From Patescibacteria group bacterium (GTDB lineage Bacteria > Patescibacteriota > Patescibacteriia > UBA1558 > UBA10009), in NCBI GenBank assembly GCA_041662565.1, contig JBAZSE010000001.1, forward strand, positions 129,084 to 193,083: DNA of 64,000 nt. Direction: 5' to 3'. How positions within the stretch are numbered: the stretch's first letter is position 1; each line of letters begins with the position of its first letter. Under the pieces are notes generated by a model. It worked only from the letters and a program-made list of their open reading frames with translations, did not search any database and was not told the DNA's origin. The position numbers and the translations under genes were made by a program. Below are positions 54,444 through 64,000 of this stretch, piece after piece.

Positions 54444-57400
54444 ATGTTTTTAAAACAAAAATCAGCAATCATTTTAGCGGGGCTCTTCCTAATCATACTG
54501 GGCGTTTTGGTTATTCCTCAATTATCCTTAGCCCAAACCTCTTTAGGGTTTGAACCTGTTGGATCAACCGGTTTGGGAACTCGCGATCTTAAGGATATTA
54601 TCATCCTGATTATTAAAATCTTTTTGGGCTTTTTAGGCATAATTGCCGTTGGCTTAATTATCTGGGGCGGTTACACTTGGATGACTTCCGGCGGAGAAGA
54701 AGACAAAATTTCCGAAGGCAAAAAGATCATTACCAACGCTGTTATCGGCTTGATTATTATCTTATCTTCCTACGCGATTGTGTTATTTGTTGTTAGTAGA
54801 TTTAGTCCTGCCACTCTTAATTCCGGTAATATTAATGTTAATGAAGATAATGGCAATGGAGGCAATGGTGATGGCGGAAATAATGCTATTTTTAGAGTTA
54901 CTAACCTTCGGCCGCGCGGTAATTTAAGAATCCGCAATGTGGTTGTTCAGGCCTCATTTAATAAGGTTATCAATCCGGTTTTAATCGGCGAGAATAATGT
55001 TTTAACCAATCAACAGGCCATTAAGTTAGAAAGAGCCAATGCCAATGGCGGTTTTGAAAGGGTTGAAGGCAGTTTAACCATTGATCCTAATAACCATCAA
55101 CGGGTTTTATTTACTCCCAACTCTACTTGCCCCGAACCAAACCAGAATTTATTCTGTTTAAATTATGACGAAAATAATCCAGATTTAAACAGGTATAAAA
55201 TTACGGTGGAAAATGATCCGGCAATTTCTTTGCGGAGTGTCGGGGGATTAGCCGTTAGCTGTGTTGCCAATAGTTGTAGTGCGGAATTTACTGTAGGCGG
55301 TATTGTTGATACGCAAAACCCGGAAGTGAATTTTACCGAAGCCATTAACAGGGCTAATAATCATTTGGCTTTAAATAATAATGTAATTTTATCTCTTGAT
55401 GAAGCGTATCAATTATTAGCTCGGGCTACTGATGATGGCGGTTTAAGTGGAGTTGATTTTTATATTGTCAATGAATTTTTATCTTTTAGCGAACCTGCCG
55501 AAGAAGAAATTTTGGATTTTGTTGCCCAGGCCCAATGGGCCACCAACGGCTTGGAGTCAGGTACATTACAATTGGGCGCCAGGGCCTATGATTTAGCCGG
55601 CCAACAATCTGGTTTGGAGCAAGTAACTGTTCGCCTAAGGCCGGCTTATTGCTTTAATAACCAATTGGACGAACAACAAGGAGAAACCGCGGTTGATTGT
55701 GGCGGTTCTTGCGGGGCTTGCGATGGCGGAAGTTGTGGCGCCATAGTAGAAAATCAATGCACCCAACCGGATAACAGTTCTTGCGCTTCCAATGTTTGCA
55801 ATGTTGAATCCTGTTTGTGCCAAGGGGGCCCAAGAATTATAGCTGTTAATCCTGGTAATGGGGCTATTGGTAATTGGATTACCATAACTGGCAGAAATTT
55901 TGGTGATCAAGTCGGGCGGATTTATCTTGGAGAAACGGAAGCCCATTTGCCACCGAGGAATTTTTGCCCCACTACCTGGTCCAATGAGCAAATTATTATT
56001 GAATTGCCGGTTGGGATATCCGTCGGCAATGGCCAAATCAGAGTTGTTACCAGTGATGGCTTAATGAGCAACCAAACCGATTTTTTGGTTAACAATGTTG
56101 AGCGCCCCGGTTTATGCGCTCTTAGCCAACAGTCAGGTAGATTTGGCGATCGTTTGAATTTAGTTGGTTATCAGTTTGGTAATTTAGCGGACCAAAATAT
56201 TTCTAAAGATGTTTATTTTGGACAGGTTGAACAAAATTTTTCTTTAAGCAATCAGAGCTGGCGAACGGTTATTGGCCGAGGAATTATTTCCGGTAATTTA
56301 CCTAATTTAAGCGCTGGGCAAACTTCGGTTAAAATCAGGGTTAATGGCCAAGATAGCAATGCTTTGCCATTTACAATTTTGGGCGAACAAAATGTTCCGC
56401 GGATTACAGATTTTGAGCCCAAATTTGGCAATGCCGGAGAATATATAAATATTTACGGTTCGGGTTTTGGCGAATATAGAGAAGGGCAATCTTTAGTTAC
56501 TTTTGCCCAAAACGTTTCCGGCAGTTTTGATTTTCCTGACGAATGCCGGGCTGGTAATTCTTTTTGGCAAGACGGTCATATTATTGTTAAAGTGCCCGAA
56601 GGGGCATCAGACGGCATTTTTAAGGTGATAACCTTTGATCAGCAGCAAGTTGAGGCGCCAGCCAGTTTTGATTTTCAAGCCGAAGCCGAACTGACTCCGG
56701 GCATCTGTAGTTTGTATCCCCGGGAAGGTTTGGTAGGTTCGGTTTTTGATGTGGCGGGAGAATATTTTAATAACGGAATTTTAAAACTAGGTGAACTTGA
56801 TTTAAATGTTGAACCCGATAACGCCCAGAGGCATTTTAATAATGTAAGAGTTCCGGTGGGAGCGCAGTCGGGTCAAGTTAAAGTTGTCAGAGGGGATTTG
56901 GTCAGTAATGCTCTTGATTTTATAGTGACTCCTGCTGTTGGTCAGGAACCGCAAGAACCCAATGGTTATTATCAATGGCAATTTACCACTTGTGATAATT
57001 GCTTGGTGCCCGAAGTGGTAGAAAGCCAAAGCTGTCAGCTTGGCTTGGCTTCGCCTACGCCCAGAAAAAACAGCCAGGGTAATTTTGTTGATACTTTAAT
57101 TTCCGCCGCTTTTAATACGGATATGAACAATGATTCATTTGATCTTGGTGCAACCGTAGTTATTAGTTATTGTGGTAACGGGCAAGAACCGGCTAATTGT
57201 TCGCAGTTGGATAATTTAAACGGTAATTTTAATTTCGCCGAAACCAATACTGGCGAAAATTTCACTTTGGCTTTAACCAATCCGCTTAATACTTCAAGTT
57301 GGTATCGGGTAGTTTTGCAGAATTTAACAAGCCAAGCGGAAAATTTGCCTTTGGCAGAATCTTATATTTGGAATTTTAAAACCAAAGATGATAACAGTTC

Positions 57401-60400
57401 TTGCCAAATTACCAATGTGGGCGTTAATCCCAGACAACGTTTGATTAGCAATAATTCGCCTGTTTATGTAAATGACAATATTAAATATCAAGCCAATGCT
57501 TATAATTTGGAAAACTGCAATATTTGCCCGGATCGTTTTACTTGGTCTTGGGATTCTTCCAATCAAGATAAAGCCCAAATAGATAAAGCTTCCCATATTA
57601 ACCAAAGCATGTTGCAAGCTAAAGCGGTAACGGAAATTTCGGCTGTGATAACCGCTACGGCCCAAGATAACCAAGAACATAGCGCCACCGGCCAAGCCAG
57701 TTTGGATATTGTGCCCAAGGATTTTAGCATTTTATCGGATGCTTCCTGCCTTAATAAACCGCAAAGCCCAAGCCCGGCGCCATCATTTACCAAGACCTGT
57801 TTAAACGCTAAAATTTCCGTGCAGTTTGATTCTTTAATGCCGGATAGCTTGCTTGGCGGCGCTCCCTTAACTTTAACGCAAACAGCCGCTAACGTTACCG
57901 TGCCTTTGGTTTTGGAAAGCGGTCTTTATTATGAAGTAGGCGGACGCCATGGCTTAAGAGGTTTAGTGGCTTCGCCCGAACAAAATTTGTTGCCAAACAC
58001 TTGGTATGAGGTTGCTGTTAATCCTAATTTAAAAAATCTTGCCGGCGGCTGGCTGGTGGGCAAAACCAGCTGGCAATTTAAAACCAAAGCCAGTAATGAA
58101 CTTTGCCAGTTTGATAAAATTTTGGTTAATCCTGCTTCGGCCGTTTTGCAAATAAATGCCAATCAAAATTATACTGCCCAAACATTGGATGGCGCTTCTT
58201 GCCAATTGTTAAAAAATCCAGAAGATTTGCGTTTTTCGTGGCGAGTGGAAAATGAGGCCATTGCCAGTATTGCTCCCGGCAATCAAAATCAAGCTGTAGT
58301 TAATGCCAAAGAAATTGGTGAAACTTATATCCGCGCCACAGCCGCTGGCAAAGAAAATAGCGGAGAAAACGGCCGTTTAAGAGTTAATAATAATGAAGTA
58401 GAAGGCCCTGTTGATTTAACCATTACCAGGCATCAGCCAATAGGCGAACTGGTTTGCCCCAATGCTTTGGTACAAGTGCGGTTTAATTTAGAGCTTAATT
58501 CGGCAACATTAACCGAGGCTAATTTTACGGTTTTAGCCACCAGCCAGGCCTGCCCCAATGGCTGCCCTGTCCGCACTCAAATTACCGCCAATCAAAATAA
58601 AACAGTAGTTAATTTATTGCCAGCTTTAAATGCCAATTGGGATCAAGGTACGGTTTATACGGTTAAGGTTCATGGGGGCGAAGCCGGAATTAAGGCCAAA
58701 ACAGGAGAATCGTTAAATAATACCGGCTGTTCTCAAGGAATGGCTTGGGAAGATGGCCAAAGTTGCAATTGGTCGTTTACCACTAAAAATGATATTTGCC
58801 AGCCAAAACAGGTGGTTGTAGAACCGGCAACGGCAACAATAAATGCCGGCAGTACCCAGGATTGGTTGGGTTCAGTTTTAGCTCAAGATGGCACTTTATT
58901 GATGGATAAAATCGACAGTTGGGTTTCAGGCGATGATCGTTTTGCCGATGTTACCCAGTCGGTAGACGATAAATCACTGGCAGTTTCTACCGGCAAAGCT
59001 GAAGGCCAGGCAATTATAACCGCTTCCATTGGACAAATTAAAGGCCTTGCCATTTTAACCGTGAATGATTTATTAAACGGCCCTCATATTTTAAGTAACA
59101 TCCCCATTGATGGGGCAACCCAAGTTTGCCGCAATGCTTTAGTTAAAGTTGAGTTTGATAAATTGCTAGATGTTAAAACAGTTAATGCAAATACTTTTAA
59201 AATAGAATATCAATCGCCTCAACAATTTAACGGTTGCAGCCAGGTAGCGGTAAATAAAAAATTGCCAACTTTGTGGCCTACTCAAGGGTTTATTGGTAGA
59301 TTATTTAACAACCTGGTTGCCGATGCCTTTAATTGGTTGAAAGATAAATTGTTTAGCAGGGTCAGCGCTGCTGTTTATTGGTGCCCGGTATCGGGCCAGT
59401 GGTTAAGTGAAAATTATCAAGGCCAAACAGCGGTCCATTTTTCCTTAAGCAAAGAAATGGAAAAAAACACCTTGGTTCGGGTAACGGTGAGGGGAGGAGT
59501 AGCCGGTGTTAAAGCCACCAATGGTTTGCCTTTGTCTGGAGAACTTAATGAGCAGGGAAATTACAGTTATCAGTTTACTGCCGGAGAAGATGTTTGTAAT
59601 TTGGCTTTTGTAACTGTGTCGGCAAACCAAGTTTCGGGTGCTTCAGATTGGACTTTTATCACCAGTTTTGATAATCAAACTGATAATAATTTAAATGATG
59701 GCGCAACTTTTGATACGATTTCTGATCGGGATAAAAAATATCAGGCCGCCGGTTTTAGTTCGGCCGGCGAATTGTTAGTGCCAATTGCCGGCTTGGCTGG
59801 CCATGATTGGAGTTGGGAATGGCAAACTTCGGATAACAGCGTGGCTTCATTATTGGCTACCCAAGATGACTTTTTAGTGGTGGGAGCTAATAATAAAAAT
59901 GGCGAAGCCAACATTACGGCCATTGCCAAGTATCCCGAAAATTATCCTAAAAAATCTTTATCTGCTGTTGGACGGGCTGTTGTTGATTTATGCGTTAATC
60001 CTTGGAATCCTGCCGGTCAACAAGGAACAGACGTCAAATTTACCGATCAGACCTATAATTTTTCCATAAAGTATTGCCGGGATAATGGAGCGGTGGGTCT
60101 TGAAGATGATTTGCCGACACTTGGTTTGCCGCAGGCCATTGAACATAATGCCAACGATCCGGCTAAAGATGATTTAAAGAGAGAATATTTAATTCCGGTG
60201 CCTACAACCGGCGATGTGGTTGGTTTAAGGATTTATACCAATGACTCCCATTTATCGCCCTTGGCCTGGTATCAAAAAAACATTACCGTTAAGGGTAGGC
60301 CTAATGCCGGCACGGTTGATGGTTATCAATCCATTACCGATGGCCGAACTGTTTATGTGGCCGCGGCTAACGCTCATATTGGTCAAAATTTATTGGGCTT

Positions 60401-63400
60401 TAATTCTCAAATTAACCGCAGTTTGGCTAATTTGCCTGTTAAAACCTATAAAGCAGATAATTTTTGGAGCCATGCCGCTGGCCTGGTTGCCAGTTTGTTT
60501 ACGCCTGCCAAAGCTGCAGTTGCTCCAGGGAATAATAATGGTAATGCTTTAAATGCCTTAAATTTTGCGCAAAATCTAAAGCAATTGGAGAATTTAAACA
60601 ATCAGCTTTATCAGGGCTCATTAACAGCTCAAGAGCAAGCGGATTTTCGCCAAAATTTAAATGATTTCAACCAAAATTATAACAGGCAAGAACTGCTTAA
60701 TGCTGGGGTTGATCAAAATCAGCTTAACGCTTTTGAGGCCAATTTAAATAATTTAAATCAAGGTTTTAATCAGCAGAATAACAATCAAAACAACTTTGAT
60801 GATAATTATTTAAATGATCAAATTAATAATATTGATTGGGCCTTTACCAATATTTATCTGCTTTCTTATAACCAAAACGCCAATCCGGCAACTTTGGAAA
60901 TAGTTAAGCGTTTGCTAGACAATTGGAATTTTAATACCAACATCAATAATCCCGTACTTAAAGATAAGCTCATTAGGGATACGATTCGTTTAGCCGATCT
61001 AACAGCTGTTGCGGGCAGTTTGGATAGTTATCAATCTTCCCACGGAGCCAAGTATCCGACTCTTTCGGCTGGCACTTTTTTAAGCGGCCGAACCAATAGC
61101 AAGTGGCCTTCTTGGAATCAAGGTTTGGCTTCCGAATTAAAATCAGGCGGACTGCCGGTTGATCCGATTAATAAATTCAACCAATGTATTGTTTGTACCG
61201 AACCGCAATTATTAAATTCCGGTTTTGAAGAAAATGAGAATTTTAATGACCAATCGGCTTGGAGAAAAGTTGGCGAAGAAAGAGTAGGAGATCAAATTGC
61301 GGTAACGCAAAATCAAAATCAATCATATATTAAAGAAGGCAATTCTTCATTATCAATTTTAGCCCCCAGTGCGCGAGGAGGCGTAGCCCAATCAGTCAAT
61401 TTACTGCCTAACACCACTTATGAACTAAGTGCCTGGGTTTATCTTGTTTCTGGCCGGGCACACCTAACCTTTAATGGGGCGGATTACGGCAATGAATGGT
61501 TAAGCCCGCCGGATAAAACCGGCTGGGTCATGCTTAAAAATCGGTTGGTAACCAATGCTTTTGCCGGCAACGGCCAAAACGGCACTGATAACTTTATTTT
61601 TATCCGCTCGCACGAAGGCGGAGCCCAATTTTATGTTGATCAAGTAAATATTCAAACTCAAGGCGGTAATTGCGGTTATGACAGAGAAACATGTTGGAAT
61701 CCTAATGCCAACCAAAGCCAGGGCGCTTTTGCTTGCGATGCCGAATCCTATTTTTATTCCTATCAAAGCTTGGGTCAAAGCAACTACCTCTTGGCCGCCA
61801 AAATGGAAACAACCGCTGATTGGCGTGGCGGACAGTTAAACAATCATTTTCGTTTGGATATTGAAAAAGTTTTAGGTTGCACTACCCAAGCCGTTGGCGG
61901 CTACTGCGGGGATGCCCAAATTAATGATCAAGAACAATGCGAACCGGGTATGAGTTACAATTATTGCCCAGGTGGGCATAATTGGAATAGTCCGCTGGTG
62001 CTGGGTTGTTATGAAATGGGAACGCCCAAACAGTGTACTTGGGTAAATCCCGATGATGATGTTAATTTTTCGTGTTATGGCTTAAGCCCAGAAGAATGTT
62101 GCGGCGGTTATTGCGGGGATGGCATTTTAAATACCCAAGAGGCCGGTTACGCCAATTTGGCTCTTGATGAAGAATGTGATATTTCCGCCAGAGGCAATGA
62201 AGGTTTTGCCAAGGGCGCGCGTGTAGGTAGTGCTGATGATAATCAATATGCTTGTAGCCAAAATTGTAAGGATGTTGGCGGTTGGTGCGGTGATGGCCGG
62301 GTACAAAGCGTTTATGGAGAAAACTGTGATGGTTCGGCTGCTGGCTGGGCCTGTACTGGCGGAGGCGTGCCAAGCTGTTCAGCCCAGAGTTGCCAAATAT
62401 CTTGTAATAGAGGTGATCCTTACCAAGGCCAATGCAATGATGGCATTAAACAGCCCCAGGAATTTTGCGACGGCCAGATTGGAGTTGGTGCTAATGAAAT
62501 TTGCAATAATACTTGTAGCGATTCCATTTGCGTTGATGGATATAGAAAATGCGGCGATACTTGTGTAGCGATAGATGTTAATAATTGTGCCAGTTGCGGT
62601 AATCAATGCGCTGACCCTGCAAGCGGCAATGGCCGAGCACAGTGCCGAGAATTTGATCATGAATATCCTTCTTGCGGCGTAGTTTGCTATAATGGTTTTC
62701 ATCTGGATGGCGGCAGGTGCTTGCCCGATGCGGTTTGTGGTAATGATATTATTGAAGAAAACGAGGCCTGCGATGACGGCAATCATAATGGCAGTAATAA
62801 TTATTGCAAGAGGGATTGTTCCGGTTTTGATTTGGGTAACAGGATTTTCTTGGATAATTTTGATGATGGCGGTGTTTGGGCTGTGCCGGGCGGGCAAACT
62901 TGGGTAGCCAGAGAACATGGAGCTTTTGAAGAGGCCATTTGGTCGGTTGTTGATTTGGCAAATGACAGCAATCCATATACTTTGCAAGGAACCAACCAAA
63001 CCGACGGTGATCCTGCTTGTGGAAATTCCGAAAGATGGTATTTAAAATCTTTAGTGCCGGCTAGTTTTAATAACCAAAATGTGACAATTGTTTCCAGAAT
63101 TAAAATTAAACCCGGCAACCCCAATACTTTGATTTTAGGCAATTATACTTATAATCAAAACAATCCCGGTCAAGAATCCGCTTATGCATTGTGGGCTAAT
63201 TACCGAGGCACTCATCGGTTAAGTTTGATTAAAGTTAACCGCATGGATAGGCCGTTAAATGATGAAGGGCTGGTAACTCTTTTGGATAATTTTGGCGCCG
63301 GCCAAGCAATCCCAACCGATGAATGGTACTGGCTGGCCTTAAAAATAACCCATAACGGCAATAACGCAACCATTAACTATATTGATTGGCAGGATGGCCA

Positions 63401-63542
63401 AGCCATGCCAGATGTGGCAGATTGGCATGAAGCCGGTGATAATAATAACAATGCTTTAACCGGCGGAACTTTTGGCTTAGCCGTTTGGGGTGACTGCTCA
63501 ACCAGCTGGTATGATGATTTTCAAGTTTATCAGAATCAATAA
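54444..63542 (+). CDS. Giant 3032-aa pilin-anchored adhesin-like protein (Ig-like, IPT/TIG, CBM-like, Cys-rich repeats, C-terminal lectin-like domain)
   Basis: Same pilin module; IPT motifs (ITITGRNFG, LVGYQFG, INIYGSGFG); Big_5-like C.NA.I.V.F repeats; LLNSGFE CBM-like; CGDG....E.CD repeats; C-terminal FLDNFDDG...WYDDFQV. Confidence 0.8.
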   Translation: MFLKQKSAIILAGLFLIILGVLVIPQLSLAQTSLGFEPVGSTGLGTRDLKDIIILIIKIFLGFLGIIAVGLIIWGGYTWMTSGGEEDKISEGKKIITNAVIGLIIILSSYAIVLFVVSRFSPATLNSGNINVNEDNGNGGNGDGGNNAIFRVTNLRPRGNLRIRNVVVQASFNKVINPVLIGENNVLTNQQAIKLERANANGGFERVEGSLTIDPNNHQRVLFTPNSTCPEPNQNLFCLNYDENNPDLNRYKITVENDPAISLRSVGGLAVSCVANSCSAEFTVGGIVDTQNPEVNFTEAINRANNHLALNNNVILSLDEAYQLLARATDDGGLSGVDFYIVNEFLSFSEPAEEEILDFVAQAQWATNGLESGTLQLGARAYDLAGQQSGLEQVTVRLRPAYCFNNQLDEQQGETAVDCGGSCGACDGGSCGAIVENQCTQPDNSSCASNVCNVESCLCQGGPRIIAVNPGNGAIGNWITITGRNFGDQVGRIYLGETEAHLPPRNFCPTTWSNEQIIIELPVGISVGNGQIRVVTSDGLMSNQTDFLVNNVERPGLCALSQQSGRFGDRLNLVGYQFGNLADQNISKDVYFGQVEQNFSLSNQSWRTVIGRGIISGNLPNLSAGQTSVKIRVNGQDSNALPFTILGEQNVPRITDFEPKFGNAGEYINIYGSGFGEYREGQSLVTFAQNVSGSFDFPDECRAGNSFWQDGHIIVKVPEGASDGIFKVITFDQQQVEAPASFDFQAEAELTPGICSLYPREGLVGSVFDVAGEYFNNGILKLGELDLNVEPDNAQRHFNNVRVPVGAQSGQVKVVRGDLVSNALDFIVTPAVGQEPQEPNGYYQWQFTTCDNCLVPEVVESQSCQLGLASPTPRKNSQGNFVDTLISAAFNTDMNNDSFDLGATVVISYCGNGQEPANCSQLDNLNGNFNFAETNTGENFTLALTNPLNTSSWYRVVLQNLTSQAENLPLAESYIWNFKTKDDNSSCQITNVGVNPRQRLISNNSPVYVNDNIKYQANAYNLENCNICPDRFTWSWDSSNQDKAQIDKASHINQSMLQAKAVTEISAVITATAQDNQEHSATGQASLDIVPKDFSILSDASCLNKPQSPSPAPSFTKTCLNAKISVQFDSLMPDSLLGGAPLTLTQTAANVTVPLVLESGLYYEVGGRHGLRGLVASPEQNLLPNTWYEVAVNPNLKNLAGGWLVGKTSWQFKTKASNELCQFDKILVNPASAVLQINANQNYTAQTLDGASCQLLKNPEDLRFSWRVENEAIASIAPGNQNQAVVNAKEIGETYIRATAAGKENSGENGRLRVNNNEVEGPVDLTITRHQPIGELVCPNALVQVRFNLELNSATLTEANFTVLATSQACPNGCPVRTQITANQNKTVVNLLPALNANWDQGTVYTVKVHGGEAGIKAKTGESLNNTGCSQGMAWEDGQSCNWSFTTKNDICQPKQVVVEPATATINAGSTQDWLGSVLAQDGTLLMDKIDSWVSGDDRFADVTQSVDDKSLAVSTGKAEGQAIITASIGQIKGLAILTVNDLLNGPHILSNIPIDGATQVCRNALVKVEFDKLLDVKTVNANTFKIEYQSPQQFNGCSQVAVNKKLPTLWPTQGFIGRLFNNLVADAFNWLKDKLFSRVSAAVYWCPVSGQWLSENYQGQTAVHFSLSKEMEKNTLVRVTVRGGVAGVKATNGLPLSGELNEQGNYSYQFTAGEDVCNLAFVTVSANQVSGASDWTFITSFDNQTDNNLNDGATFDTISDRDKKYQAAGFSSAGELLVPIAGLAGHDWSWEWQTSDNSVASLLATQDDFLVVGANNKNGEANITAIAKYPENYPKKSLSAVGRAVVDLCVNPWNPAGQQGTDVKFTDQTYNFSIKYCRDNGAVGLEDDLPTLGLPQAIEHNANDPAKDDLKREYLIPVPTTGDVVGLRIYTNDSHLSPLAWYQKNITVKGRPNAGTVDGYQSITDGRTVYVAAANAHIGQNLLGFNSQINRSLANLPVKTYKADNFWSHAAGLVASLFTPAKAAVAPGNNNGNALNALNFAQNLKQLENLNNQLYQGSLTAQEQADFRQNLNDFNQNYNRQELLNAGVDQNQLNAFEANLNNLNQGFNQQNNNQNNFDDNYLNDQINNIDWAFTNIYLLSYNQNANPATLEIVKRLLDNWNFNTNINNPVLKDKLIRDTIRLADLTAVAGSLDSYQSSHGAKYPTLSAGTFLSGRTNSKWPSWNQGLASELKSGGLPVDPINKFNQCIVCTEPQLLNSGFEENENFNDQSAWRKVGEERVGDQIAVTQNQNQSYIKEGNSSLSILAPSARGGVAQSVNLLPNTTYELSAWVYLVSGRAHLTFNGADYGNEWLSPPDKTGWVMLKNRLVTNAFAGNGQNGTDNFIFIRSHEGGAQFYVDQVNIQTQGGNCGYDRETCWNPNANQSQGAFACDAESYFYSYQSLGQSNYLLAAKMETTADWRGGQLNNHFRLDIEKVLGCTTQAVGGYCGDAQINDQEQCEPGMSYNYCPGGHNWNSPLVLGCYEMGTPKQCTWVNPDDDVNFSCYGLSPEECCGGYCGDGILNTQEAGYANLALDEECDISARGNEGFAKGARVGSADDNQYACSQNCKDVGGWCGDGRVQSVYGENCDGSAAGWACTGGGVPSCSAQSCQISCNRGDPYQGQCNDGIKQPQEFCDGQIGVGANEICNNTCSDSICVDGYRKCGDTCVAIDVNNCASCGNQCADPASGNGRAQCREFDHEYPSCGVVCYNGFHLDGGRCLPDAVCGNDIIEENEACDDGNHNGSNNYCKRDCSGFDLGNRIFLDNFDDGGVWAVPGGQTWVAREHGAFEEAIWSVVDLANDSNPYTLQGTNQTDGDPACGNSERWYLKSLVPASFNNQNVTIVSRIKIKPGNPNTLILGNYTYNQNNPGQESAYALWANYRGTHRLSLIKVNRMDRPLNDEGLVTLLDNFGAGQAIPTDEWYWLALKITHNGNNATINYIDWQDGQAMPDVADWHEAGDNNNNALTGGTFGLAVWGDCSTSWYDDFQVYQNQ

Positions 63543-63560
63543 TTGTGGTATAATAAACAG

Positions 63561-63655
63561 AGAATTTCGAATACTGAATTCTGAATTTCGATTAAATTTT
63601 GAAATTAGAAATTTTGAATTCTTAATTCATTCCAAATACAAAATTAAACATTAAA
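63561..63655. repeat. Degenerate 7-8-mer AT-rich tandem repeats
   Basis: GAATTTC/GAATACT/GAATTCT/GAATTTC followed by GAAATTA/GAAATTT-type units. Confidence 0.55.
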
Positions 63656-63660
63656 CCCTT

Positions 63661-64000
63661 ATGTTTGATCCTAAAACAATTTCCAAAGCCCCTAATTTGG
63701 TGGATGGTATAGGCGTGGAGCCAATGGCGCCTGTTCTTCCTTCAATGCCTTCAACTCAAGCTGCGGCAGGAACCGAAGATATTTTTGCCGAGGCCGATCC
63801 AACAGCAAATATGTCCGCCTTAAAGCCAAAAATCAATCCAATCAACGCTTCTGCTCCGGTGTATTCTGCTGCCCCGCCTGAACCTTTAATGCAATTGCCC
63901 GATGACGCAGAAGAAGAAGGCGAGGGACATAAAAAGTTTTTCTTTATCGGATTAATTATCTTATTGGCCATACTCGCGGCCGGAGGTTATTTTGTCTATG
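63661..64000 (+). CDS. Membrane protein, 3'-truncated by the window edge
   Basis: ATG 63661, open to the edge: MFDPKTISK...TEDIFAE...KKFFFIGLIILLAILAAGGYFVY (Pro-rich N-terminus then TM). Absent from the ORF track because it has no stop. Confidence 0.75.
   Translation, partial: MFDPKTISKAPNLVDGIGVEPMAPVLPSMPSTQAAAGTEDIFAEADPTANMSALKPKINPINASAPVYSAAPPEPLMQLPDDAEEEGEGHKKFFFIGLIILLAILAAGGYFVY

Noticed and set aside
62379-62999. 206-aa antisense ORF and the other short overlapping ORFs in the track
   Set aside because: Shadow frames of long, well-supported genes with no recognisable motifs.

Overview
Chromosomal window from a Patescibacteria (CPR, most likely Parcubacteria/ABY1-like) genome using the standard genetic code. 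The taxon is inferred from gene content: giant Cys-rich surface proteins, VirB2-like pilins, a PrgI/VirB4/VirB6-type secretion locus, DprA and an LCP protein. Housekeeping genes are efp, rpsR-ssb-rpsF, radA, recG, parA-parB, rel, folC, yhhQ-like, dprA, pth, der, lepB, hisS, rpsU, yqeY, tRNA-Leu(CAA) and tRNA-Val(CAC). The most unusual element is an ~11 kb cluster at 14261-25524. It holds five divergent paralogs, each with a ~370 aa helical domain plus a phospho-His swivel domain, and one stand-alone PPDK/PEPS-type ATP-grasp domain. A HAD-like gene with a nonsense codon, a histidine-phosphatase-like gene and a Trm11-like methyltransferase are also in the cluster. No PEP/pyruvate-binding barrel is present in the window, so this looks like a split, one-donor/many-acceptor dikinase system rather than PEP synthase. 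Other points of interest: an unassigned promoter- and terminator-bounded structured RNA (45541-45751); an in-frame, mostly synonymously diverged duplicate of a secretion gene's 3' end; two pilin genes with near-identical 90-aa pilin modules; a frameshifted beta-propeller gene; and heptamer and palindromic repeats, some inside coding sequence. All protein assignments come from motif recognition by eye; no database search was run.
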